Origin: Verrucomicrobiota bacterium
GTDB lineage: Bacteria > Verrucomicrobiota > Kiritimatiellia > RFP12 > UBA1067
Assembly (NCBI GenBank): GCA_016288465.1
Contig: JAEEZC010000162.1
Span: forward strand, 1-37,434
Length of the DNA: 37,434 nt
Direction: 5' to 3'
Part shown: piece by piece, positions 8,212 to 15,578 of the stretch
Layout of the letters: every line of letters begins with the position of its first letter
How positions within the stretch are numbered: the first letter of the stretch is position 1
The notes under the pieces: model-generated
What the model saw: only the letters and a program-made list of their open reading frames with translations
Database searches by the model: none
Told to the model about the DNA's origin: nothing
Made by a program: the position numbers and the translations under genes

Positions 8212-9821
8212 CGCCTCAGCTTCATCCAACTCGGCAGCTTGACCATCTTGGCCTCGCGGCTCTGGTTCGTCTCCATCGAAGACACAGTGCCGATCGACGG
8301 AGACTCGAGCGACGCAAGCCGCGCCATGAGCGCCTGCTTGCCCATCGCCTCCCGCTGGCGGAGCTCCTCGCTGCGCTGGCGCTCCGACAGAAGGTCCTTC
8401 TCGGCGCGCTGCAGCGCCTCGCGAAGCCTCTCGGCCTCCGCGCGAAGCTGCGTCACGTCCCTCATGCTCTCGCCGAGGCGAAGGCACTCGGCGCGGCTTT
8501 CGCGCACCTGGTCGGAGAGCTGGCGCATTCTGGCGTCGTTGTCGAGCATGGCCTTCTCGTGCACGCGCTGGAGCTCCTCGTAGTCCCGCCTCAGTCTCGT
8601 GGTGCGCGGGTCCTCCGGCCTTTCGACAAGAGCCCTTCTCGTCATGTCCTCGAGGTCTCGTCCGCTCATCTTGAGTATGCCGCGGCGGCACTCCTGCAGA
8701 TAAGCCTCCCGCACCTGATAGCGCTTGCGGCACTCGTCGAACTCGGCCTTCTCGCGCTCCAGCGTCGCCGCTATCACCGCGGCTTCGTCCTGCATGATCT
8801 TGAAGACCGCGGCCTGGATGTCTGCGACCTCGCTCGCCGCCGCAGGAAGCCTCTTCAGCTCGTCCTCCAGCGCCACGACCTGCTCGGAGAGCTTCGCCGA
8901 CCTCGCCTCCGCATCCTTGAGCGCCGCGTCGCGTTCGGCGATTATCCCGTCCTTTTCGGCCGACTCCGCCGTCCTGACCTTGAGCTCCGCGTCGCGCTCG
9001 GCCACAAGACGCTCCTTTTCGGCCAGCTCCGCCTTCTTCGCCTCGATCTCCGCGTCTCTCTCGGCGATAATCCGGTCCTTCCCCGCGAGCTCGGCGACCC
9101 GGGACCTAAGCTCGGCGTCGCGCTCGGCAAGAGTCCTTTCCCTGTCGGCGATCTCGGCCGTCTTGGCCTTCAGCTCCGCGTCGGACTCGTAGAACAGCTT
9201 CTCGTTCTCTGCGGCCTCCGCCTCCTTGGCCTTCAGCTGCGCATCGCGCTCGACAAGCGTCGCCTTCAGCGCGGACGCCGTCTTCATCGCGTCGTCCATT
9301 CGCTGCTGCAGATCGACCGTATGCCGCCGCTCCTCCTCGAGAAGGCCCTCCAGCTCCTTTACGCGCGTATCGTCCACGACGACCTTCTCCACGACGCGCA
9401 CCTCCGGCTTCTCGGCGGCATCCGGCCTTTTCTCTTCGTCTTTCCCTTTGTCTTCCTTCTTGTCGTCGGAAGGCTGCGGCCCCTCCGCCTTCACGGGCGC
9501 TTCGGGCGTCTCCGGCTCAGGCGGCTCAAAAGGAGGGCGCACCTCCACCAGGCTAGCCGTCTTCGGCAGCCGCCCGCTCGCAAGAAGAGCGTCCGCGGCC
9601 GCCTTGTTGAACGGACCGCGTGGATTGCCGTCGCCTATGTCGATCGAGAAGCGCATGTCGAGAAACGGGACCTCCTCGACACGCGTCCAGACGACGTTGT
9701 CGTCCGACACCTCCTGCCCCGGCTGCACGCGGCCGAGCTTCGCCCACTCGACGAGCTTCGCCTCGGTCTCGGGGCCGAATGTCTCGTCCTGCGTCCGCAA
9801 ATACCACTTAGCTTCGCCCAT
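8208..9821 (-). CDS. Tandem GYF_2-like domains + long coiled coil with 21-aa repeats
   Basis: WYLR...TFGP....LVEWAKLGRV and RGPFN motifs, Pro/Glu/Lys linker, long heptad coiled coil. Confidence 0.8.
   Translation of the reverse strand: MGEAKWYLRTQDETFGPETEAKLVEWAKLGRVQPGQEVSDDNVVWTRVEEVPFLDMRFSIDIGDGNPRGPFNKAAADALLASGRLPKTASLVEVRPPFEPPEPETPEAPVKAEGPQPSDDKKEDKGKDEEKRPDAAEKPEVRVVEKVVVDDTRVKELEGLLEEERRHTVDLQQRMDDAMKTASALKATLVERDAQLKAKEAEAAENEKLFYESDAELKAKTAEIADRERTLAERDAELRSRVAELAGKDRIIAERDAEIEAKKAELAEKERLVAERDAELKVRTAESAEKDGIIAERDAALKDAEARSAKLSEQVVALEDELKRLPAAASEVADIQAAVFKIMQDEAAVIAATLEREKAEFDECRKRYQVREAYLQECRRGILKMSGRDLEDMTRRALVERPEDPRTTRLRRDYEELQRVHEKAMLDNDARMRQLSDQVRESRAECLRLGESMRDVTQLRAEAERLREALQRAEKDLLSERQRSEELRQREAMGKQALMARLASLESPSIGTVSSMETNQSREAKMVKLPSWMKLRR
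8910..9251 (-). repeat. 63-bp (21-aa, three-heptad) coding repeat, 5 full copies plus a partial sixth
   Basis: ERDAQLKAKEAEAAENEKLFY / ESDAELKAKTAEIADRERTLA / ERDAELRSRVAELAGKDRIIA / ERDAEIEAKKAELAEKERLVA / ERDAELKVRTAESAEKDGIIA / ERDAALKDAE. Confidence 0.9.
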
Positions 9822-10540
9822 CAGTGTTTCCTCCCGAAGAGACTGCCGACAAGACCGAACCGACGACGTTTCGCAAGCTCCTGCTGGGCAGCGGCCTCAA
9901 GGGCCATCAGCCTGGCGCGGTTGAGGCCGGCGAATATCCCGCCGGGCATCTTCGCAAGGGGCCGACGAGCCGCCGGCGCGAGCACCTCCGGCACTACGGC
10001 CAGGGCGGACTGGGCCCGCGGACGCGGCGCAGGGACCTCCACCACCTTCTCGACGACCCGCTCCACGACCTTCTCGACCGGCACCTCGACGCGGACTTCT
10101 TTCTCGACCACCCGCTCAACCACCTTCTCTACAGGCACTTCGACGATCTTCTCGACGACCCGCTCGACCGGCACCTCTACGCGGACCTCCTTCTCGACCA
10201 CCCGCTCGACGACCTTCGGCGGCGGATCCTCGTCCACAGGCAGCTCGTGCAGGGAATAGACCTTTGCGTCAGGCGACGCCGACCCGTCCTTGAAAAGGCG
10301 TATCACGAACGCGCGGTTGAACGGACCGAAGACGCGGCCGGGCTCCGGCTCGACGAGCCACTTCATCTCGAGCTCGGGCATGGCCGGCGCCGGAAACCAC
10401 TTGACGCGATCGCGGGAAAGCGAGCTTGTGGGCTGGATGCGGCCCTCCTTGGCCCATTCGGCAAGGGATGCAACGCAAGCCGGACCGTAGACGTTGCCGT
10501 CCTCGGCCTTCACATACCATTCGGCGCTTTCTCTCATCAC
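9821..10540 (-). CDS. Tandem GYF_2-like domains + VEKVVEVP repeat region + amphipathic C-terminus
   Basis: WYVK..DGNVYGP....LAEWAKEGRI and VFGPFN; repeat block KVVERVVEKEVRVEVPVE; ends KRRRFGLVGSLFGRKH. Start GTG 10540 or ATG 10537. Confidence 0.8.
   Translation of the reverse strand: MMRESAEWYVKAEDGNVYGPACVASLAEWAKEGRIQPTSSLSRDRVKWFPAPAMPELEMKWLVEPEPGRVFGPFNRAFVIRLFKDGSASPDAKVYSLHELPVDEDPPPKVVERVVEKEVRVEVPVERVVEKIVEVPVEKVVERVVEKEVRVEVPVEKVVERVVEKVVEVPAPRPRAQSALAVVPEVLAPAARRPLAKMPGGIFAGLNRARLMALEAAAQQELAKRRRFGLVGSLFGRKH
10033..10216 (-). repeat. Low-complexity V/E/K/R/P coding repeat (alveolin/articulin-like)
   Basis: KVVERVVEKEVRVEVPVERVVEKIVEVPVEKVVERVVEKEVRVEVPVEKVVERVVEKVVEVP. Confidence 0.9.
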
Positions 10541-10545
10541 CCTCT

Positions 10546-10554
10546 ATTATACCA
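10546..10554 (-). promoter_or_regulatory. Extended -10 TGGTATAAT overlapping the RND stop codon
   Basis: Perfect TGnTATAAT, 5 nt before GTG 10540. Confidence 0.65.
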
Positions 10555-13501
10555 AAACGGAGGCCGTCTCGTCAGCCTTTCCCGGACGCCGCCCGCGCAG
10601 AAGGGACGCCAGCAGCCCGCCGAACAGCGCGTATCCCAGATACCCTCCGCAAAGCGCAATGCCAAGCGACCGGCTGCCCGCCGCGCCGGCGCCAGTCGCA
10701 AACGCGAGCGGCAGCGCGGTAAGCGCCGCAAGCAGCGGCAGAAGCGCCCTGGCGCGCGCCCCGGAGCCGCGGACCGGCAGCAGCGACATCGCCGTCGTCG
10801 TAGCGAGAAGCATCACGATCGCGTAGCGCGAATACACCGAAAGCGCCGCGCCCGTAACGCCAAGGGCCAGAAGCGCGCCCAGCACCGCCGTCACCGACGG
10901 CAGAAACGAGCGGAACGCGTTGCGCCAGCTCTCGCGGTACGCCACAAGCACCAGGTAGACGAAAAGGACCGCGAGCACAACCAGCCAGTTCTCCCCGCCG
11001 CTCGTCTTGAGCGACTCGTACGTAAAGCCCGCCCAGTCGTTGCGGAAGCCAGGCGAAAGCTTCTCCCGGCAGATTCTGACGACCTCGGCGACCGCCTCCG
11101 ACGTGGAGACGCCGGGCTTCGGAATGAACTGCTCCGTGCAGTAGAGGTACTGGTCGCAGCGGTAGCACGAGCGCGGCCCAAGCTCCTCCCGGCAGGTGAC
11201 GAGCGTGTCGATCGGCACCATCGCGCCGGTCTTCGACCTGACGTAAAGCCCGCGTATGTCGTCCGGCTTCGCGCGCCCGCTCCACTCGGACATCGCCGTG
11301 ACCCGGTTCACCTGCGTGCCGAGGTTGACGTCGTTGACGTATATCGAGCCCAGATTGTGCTGCAGCGCTGTGTATATGCTTGACATCGGCACCTTCATCA
11401 GCTCGCACTTAGCACGGTCCACCGAGACCCTCAGATGCGGCGTGTCGGTGTAGAACCCGCCCGTCACCGACTCCGCAAGGGGCGACTTCGCAAGCTCCCC
11501 GCGCATCCGAAGCACTTCGCGCGAGAACTTGACCGGGTCGTTGTCGCCGATCGACTGGAACAGCACGCACACTCCGCCCTGCGAGCCCATGCCCTTCACC
11601 GGCGGAATCCTCAGCACGAACAGCTCCGCCTCAGGGATGTCCGCCGCGATCTTCTGGATGCGCTTGCCGATCTCGTACGACGACTCGCCCGCGCCGCGCT
11701 CGCTCCAGTCCTTCAGCACGAGCAGCATCTTCGCCTGGTTCTCGCCGGAGCCGTTGATTATGCTCGTGCCGAGCAGCGTCGCGCACTTCTCGATGCCGCC
11801 AAGCGCGCGCGCCTCGCGGTAGACGCGCTTCATCACTTCGCTCGTGACCTCCATGGACGTGCCTTCGGCCGTCTTGCAGTCTACGTACAGAACGCCCATG
11901 TCCTCGTCCGGCACGAACTCCTGCGGAAGCCGCCCGGCAAGTACGTACGAAACGACAATGCAGAACGCCCCCAGCACCATCGCAACCAGAAAACCTGGTA
12001 AGGCGCCGAAGAAAGGACGATCCGATCTCGCGGTCTCGGGCTCCGCGGCGGGAAACAGCCTCTTCGCCGCGACCGGGACAAGAAGGAGCGAGCAGAACAC
12101 GGACGAGACGGCCATCGCCGCGAACACCGCCGAGAACTGACGGAACAGCACGCCCTGCACGCCTCCGCCGAACGCAAGAGGCAGCGCCGCGAACGCGACT
12201 GCCGCGCCGGCGGCAATCTGCTCAACGCCCGGCAGCCTTCCCCTGCGCACTGCCGCGATAGACCAGGCGGCCGTGCCTGCCGCAAACGCGACGGACGCAA
12301 GAAGCGCATAAAGCGCCAGAAGATTCGCCTGCATCCCGGCGACCAGCAGCGCCGTCGCCGCTATAAGCGTCGCGACAAGCGCGGACGCCGTCGAAAGGAG
12401 CGCCGCCTTGAGCGACCTGAACACGAGCAGAATCGCCGCGAACACGGTCAGCAGCGCTATGGCAAGCGCCATTGCGACGCCTCTCAGCGTCCTCACCATG
12501 TACTCCGTCGTGTCGTACGTCATGTCCCACGTCAGGTCCGCCGGAAAGTACGGCTCGAGCTTCTTCAGCTCGCTCTTCACCTCCGCCATCGCCTCAAGCG
12601 GATTCGCGCCCGGCAGAAGGTAGATGGAGATGTACACGGCCGGAGTCTCCTCGTAGAGGGACGAGTAGGAGAAGCCCTGCGGACCCTTCGCGATTCTCGC
12701 GACGTCCTTGAGGCGGACGAGTCCGCCGTCGGCGTCAGTCGCGACGATGATCTCGCCGAACTCCTCCGGCGACGAAAGGCGGCCCCTGGATATCAGCGAG
12801 ATGACGCGGGCCGTCGGGTCTTCGGAAGGCCGCGCGCCGACGGAGCCGAGCGACGCCTGCACGTTCTGCGCCTTGATCGCCGCGACGACGTCCTCCGTGT
12901 TCAGCCCGAGCGCCGCAAGGCGCTCCGGCTTCATCCACACGCGAACCGCGATCTTGTCGTCCTGCACCGTCGACTTGCCCACGCCGCCGACGCGCAGAAT
13001 CGCGGGGTTGACGACGCCGAACACGTAGTCGGCGACCTGGTCGTGCGTCAGCTTGCCTCCCGGCGAGCGAAGCGTCAGTATGCCGAGCTCCTCCGTCGTG
13101 CCGCTCTCGACCGTGACGCCGGTGTTCTTCACCTCCTGCGGCAGCAGGGACTGCGCCTGCTGCACCTTGCTCTGCACCTTCATCAGCGCGAGGTCGCGGT
13201 CGTAGCCCACCTCGAAGTTGACCGTCAGCGAGTACGCTCCGGAGTCGTAGCAGCTGCTCGTCATTCGGTCCATGCCCTCGACGCCGTTGACCTTCTCCTC
13301 TATCGGCCCCGCGACCGTGTTCATCACCTCCGCCGCGCTCGCGCCCGGATACGAGCACGACACCGATATCGCCGGCCTCGCGAGAGTCGGATAGAGCGCC
13401 ACCGGCAGGAACGGCACCGATATGGCGCCTACAAGCGTCGCCACAAGGGCGATTACCGCGGCAAGGCGCGGACGCGCCACAAGAAATTCCGTCGCTTTCA
13501 C
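10547..13501 (-). CDS. AcrB/HAE1-type RND permease with degenerate transmembrane domain
   Basis: LPVALYP..ARPAISV...YPGASA, PIEEKVNGVEGM, RVWMKPERL, GRL....EFGEII...GGLVRLKDVARI, FVPDEDMG, YVND, GAMVPI. Start GTG 13501 (GTGA overlap with MFP). Confidence 0.9.
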   Translation of the reverse strand: MKATEFLVARPRLAAVIALVATLVGAISVPFLPVALYPTLARPAISVSCSYPGASAAEVMNTVAGPIEEKVNGVEGMDRMTSSCYDSGAYSLTVNFEVGYDRDLALMKVQSKVQQAQSLLPQEVKNTGVTVESGTTEELGILTLRSPGGKLTHDQVADYVFGVVNPAILRVGGVGKSTVQDDKIAVRVWMKPERLAALGLNTEDVVAAIKAQNVQASLGSVGARPSEDPTARVISLISRGRLSSPEEFGEIIVATDADGGLVRLKDVARIAKGPQGFSYSSLYEETPAVYISIYLLPGANPLEAMAEVKSELKKLEPYFPADLTWDMTYDTTEYMVRTLRGVAMALAIALLTVFAAILLVFRSLKAALLSTASALVATLIAATALLVAGMQANLLALYALLASVAFAAGTAAWSIAAVRRGRLPGVEQIAAGAAVAFAALPLAFGGGVQGVLFRQFSAVFAAMAVSSVFCSLLLVPVAAKRLFPAAEPETARSDRPFFGALPGFLVAMVLGAFCIVVSYVLAGRLPQEFVPDEDMGVLYVDCKTAEGTSMEVTSEVMKRVYREARALGGIEKCATLLGTSIINGSGENQAKMLLVLKDWSERGAGESSYEIGKRIQKIAADIPEAELFVLRIPPVKGMGSQGGVCVLFQSIGDNDPVKFSREVLRMRGELAKSPLAESVTGGFYTDTPHLRVSVDRAKCELMKVPMSSIYTALQHNLGSIYVNDVNLGTQVNRVTAMSEWSGRAKPDDIRGLYVRSKTGAMVPIDTLVTCREELGPRSCYRCDQYLYCTEQFIPKPGVSTSEAVAEVVRICREKLSPGFRNDWAGFTYESLKTSGGENWLVVLAVLFVYLVLVAYRESWRNAFRSFLPSVTAVLGALLALGVTGAALSVYSRYAIVMLLATTTAMSLLPVRGSGARARALLPLLAALTALPLAFATGAGAAGSRSLGIALCGGYLGYALFGGLLASLLRGRRPGKADETASVLV

Positions 13502-14706
13502 GGCGAGACGACCTTGACGGCCGCGCCGTCCTTGAGCTTGAACGCACCGAGCCCGACAATCTTGTCTCCGTCGGCAAGGCCCGCGGATATCCGGGAGACG
13601 CCGTTCCACTCCCCGTCAGTCTCGACGGCGACCGGATGCGCCCTGCCTTCGGCGTCGACCTTCCACGCCTGCAGCCCTTCGTCGGTCCGCACAAGCGCCG
13701 CGGTCGGCACCACGAGCGCGGCCGGCGGGTTGCGCTCGTCGGAGAGCACGCGCACGAACGCGTTCGGCACGAGACGGCCTGCCGGATTGTCGAAGCTGAC
13801 GTGCATCTTCAGCGTCGCCGTCTCGCGGCTCATCTCGTTGTCGCCGAAGTCTATCACGCCCTCGCAGCCGTACACCGTCCCGTCGGGAAGCCTCAGCCGC
13901 AGACGGCGCGAGTCCTTGAGCTCGCGGCCGCCCCGCTCCGCCGCCGCCTGCCATGCGTCGTAGTCGCGGTCGCTTATCGGGAAGACCACGCGGATCGGAT
14001 CCGTCTGCACGACGCGCGCAAGGGCGCTCTTGGACGGCGACACGTAGTCGCCGACGTGGTGCAGCGCCTTGCCTATGCGACCGGAGATCGGCGAGTAGAC
14101 CTTCGTGTGCTTGAGGTTGAAGTCGGCGATCGCCGCGGACGCCTTGGCCTGCTCGACCGCCGCGTTCGCCGCGTTGAGCGCGGCCTTGGCCGAGGCCAGC
14201 GTCGTCTCGGCCGTGTCGCGCTCGGTCGCCGTCACGCCGCGCTCGTCTGCGGACGAAAGGCGCTTGAAGTAGCGTTCGGCGCGGTCCACCTCGGAAAGCG
14301 TCACTGTGACCTTCGCCTCCGCGCTGGCGACCTCGGAGTACCGCAGGTTCCTGGCCGCGACATACTGCTCGTCGTCAATCTCGAAGAGGAGGTCGCCCTT
14401 CTCGACCTTCGCGCCCTCTGTGAAGCAGACGCGGCGGATGTACCCGTCGATCTGCGGCAGGATGTCCGTGACCTGCGCGGGCTCGACGTGGCCGACGTAC
14501 TCGGCCGGCGGATTGAACGCCGCGTTCGTCACCGAGACAAGCGTCACGGCCGGCGCCTCTGGAGCGCGCTCCTCCGAAGGCTTCGCCCTGAAGCCAACAG
14601 CGTCTCTCGCAAACCACCCTATCCCAACAAGCGCCGCCGCGACGACAAGCGCCGCACATCTGCCGGCGAAACGGACAGGCCCTCCCTGCATATTAGAACT
14701 AACCAT
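13498..14706 (-). CDS. RND periplasmic adaptor (MFP, AcrA/MexA-like)
   Basis: N-terminal TM; PQIDGYI...FTEGAKVEKGDLLFEID; alpha-hairpin; TKVYSPISGRIG; NPAGRLVP; VVPTAAL; GLADGDKIV. Confidence 0.92.
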   Translation of the reverse strand: MVSSNMQGGPVRFAGRCAALVVAAALVGIGWFARDAVGFRAKPSEERAPEAPAVTLVSVTNAAFNPPAEYVGHVEPAQVTDILPQIDGYIRRVCFTEGAKVEKGDLLFEIDDEQYVAARNLRYSEVASAEAKVTVTLSEVDRAERYFKRLSSADERGVTATERDTAETTLASAKAALNAANAAVEQAKASAAIADFNLKHTKVYSPISGRIGKALHHVGDYVSPSKSALARVVQTDPIRVVFPISDRDYDAWQAAAERGGRELKDSRRLRLRLPDGTVYGCEGVIDFGDNEMSRETATLKMHVSFDNPAGRLVPNAFVRVLSDERNPPAALVVPTAALVRTDEGLQAWKVDAEGRAHPVAVETDGEWNGVSRISAGLADGDKIVGLGAFKLKDGAAVKVVSP

Positions 14707-14713
14707 GCCGCAT

Positions 14714-14722
14714 ATTTTACCA
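14714..14722 (-). promoter_or_regulatory. Extended -10 TGGTAAAAT, leaderless MFP start
   Basis: 7 nt before ATG 14706; no SD. Confidence 0.55.
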
Positions 14723-14812
14723 AATCCTGCGCGCGGAGTGTAGTAGTGTCTAGACAGGTCTTTGAGACAAAGGGCCCTCGAAAGCTCAGCCGTCCCCTTG
14801 AACTTAACCCCT

Positions 14813-15169
14813 CCATAAATATATAGAGACACGTCTTTCTAACCCGACAAGACCCCCTTGAAGAGCTGGGGACGGAATGGCGGTAGGGGCCGAACTCCGG
14901 TCGGCCCGTAGCTCGACGGTGCCCCCTTTGCCTTATAAGCAGACCAGAGTCTTAATGGCCAGCCCGTCAGGGGCTGGCCGTTTGCATATATATATAGCCC
15001 ATAACCATGTGATTTTCATAAACAGGGTTCGCCCCCCTTTATCCCCCCATAAATATATAGAGACATGTCTTTCTTGTTTTACAACATTCGCCGCTTCGGG
15101 GCGATTCCGAACTTCCTCGGCGCTGGAGGACATTTCCGCCGAGGGCTGTCTCTAATATATTATGAGGGG
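14813..15169. repeat. AT-rich site in two direct copies and one degenerate inverted copy
   Basis: CCATAAATATATAGAGACAYGTCTTTCT at 14813-14840 and 15047-15074 (27/28 identical). Inverted variant TGTCTCTAATATATTATGAGGGG at 15147-15169. Confidence 0.85.
14883..14907 (+). repeat. GTAG-type REP-like palindrome
   Basis: GTAG followed by GGGCCGA-actccgg-TCGGCCC. Confidence 0.55.
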
Positions 15170-15527
15170 TGATGCGATTGCGGGAACGGCTCCCGAGCGA
15201 CAGTCGCCCCCTTGCCTGAACAAACACAAGGAGAGCAACGAAATGGAACTGACTTCTATTTGCCGCGGCAATCGCGGCGCTTATGGGCGGATGCTGATCT
15301 CGCTACGGGTGCGACAGCTCGCCCGAACCGCACTTCACGGATACAAATCTCGCTGCGGGCGGATACCGCCCGCAGCTCGTCGTCAACTGAAAGCGCGGAT
15401 GTGGTGCGACCGTTTGACGAAATTTTTCAACCGGCAAGACACCTTCCGTCAACCGGCAAAAATGTTTTTGCCAACTGACGGAGACCCGAGAAACAACCAG
15501 AAAACGAAAGGAACGAAAGGCCATGGC

Positions 15528-15565
15528 GGGGACAAGTCCCCTGGTCATGACGAGGACAGTCCCCC
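15528..15565. repeat. Paired GGGAC-GTCCC short palindromes (REP-like or terminator of the ligase gene)
   Basis: GGGGACAAGTCCCC at 15528-15541 and GGACAGTCC at 15554-15562. Confidence 0.45.
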
Positions 15566-15578
15566 TAAGCCTTTCGCC

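Noticed and set aside
14763-14767. TGAGA 49 bp from the MFP -10 as a third member of the phased-operator regulon
   Set aside because: Single box; flanking boxes at 39 and 59 are missing, so it could be chance.
15147-15169. dif site
   Set aside because: TAATATATTATG resembles the dif core, but the XerD arm TTATGTTAAAT and the correct spacing are absent.
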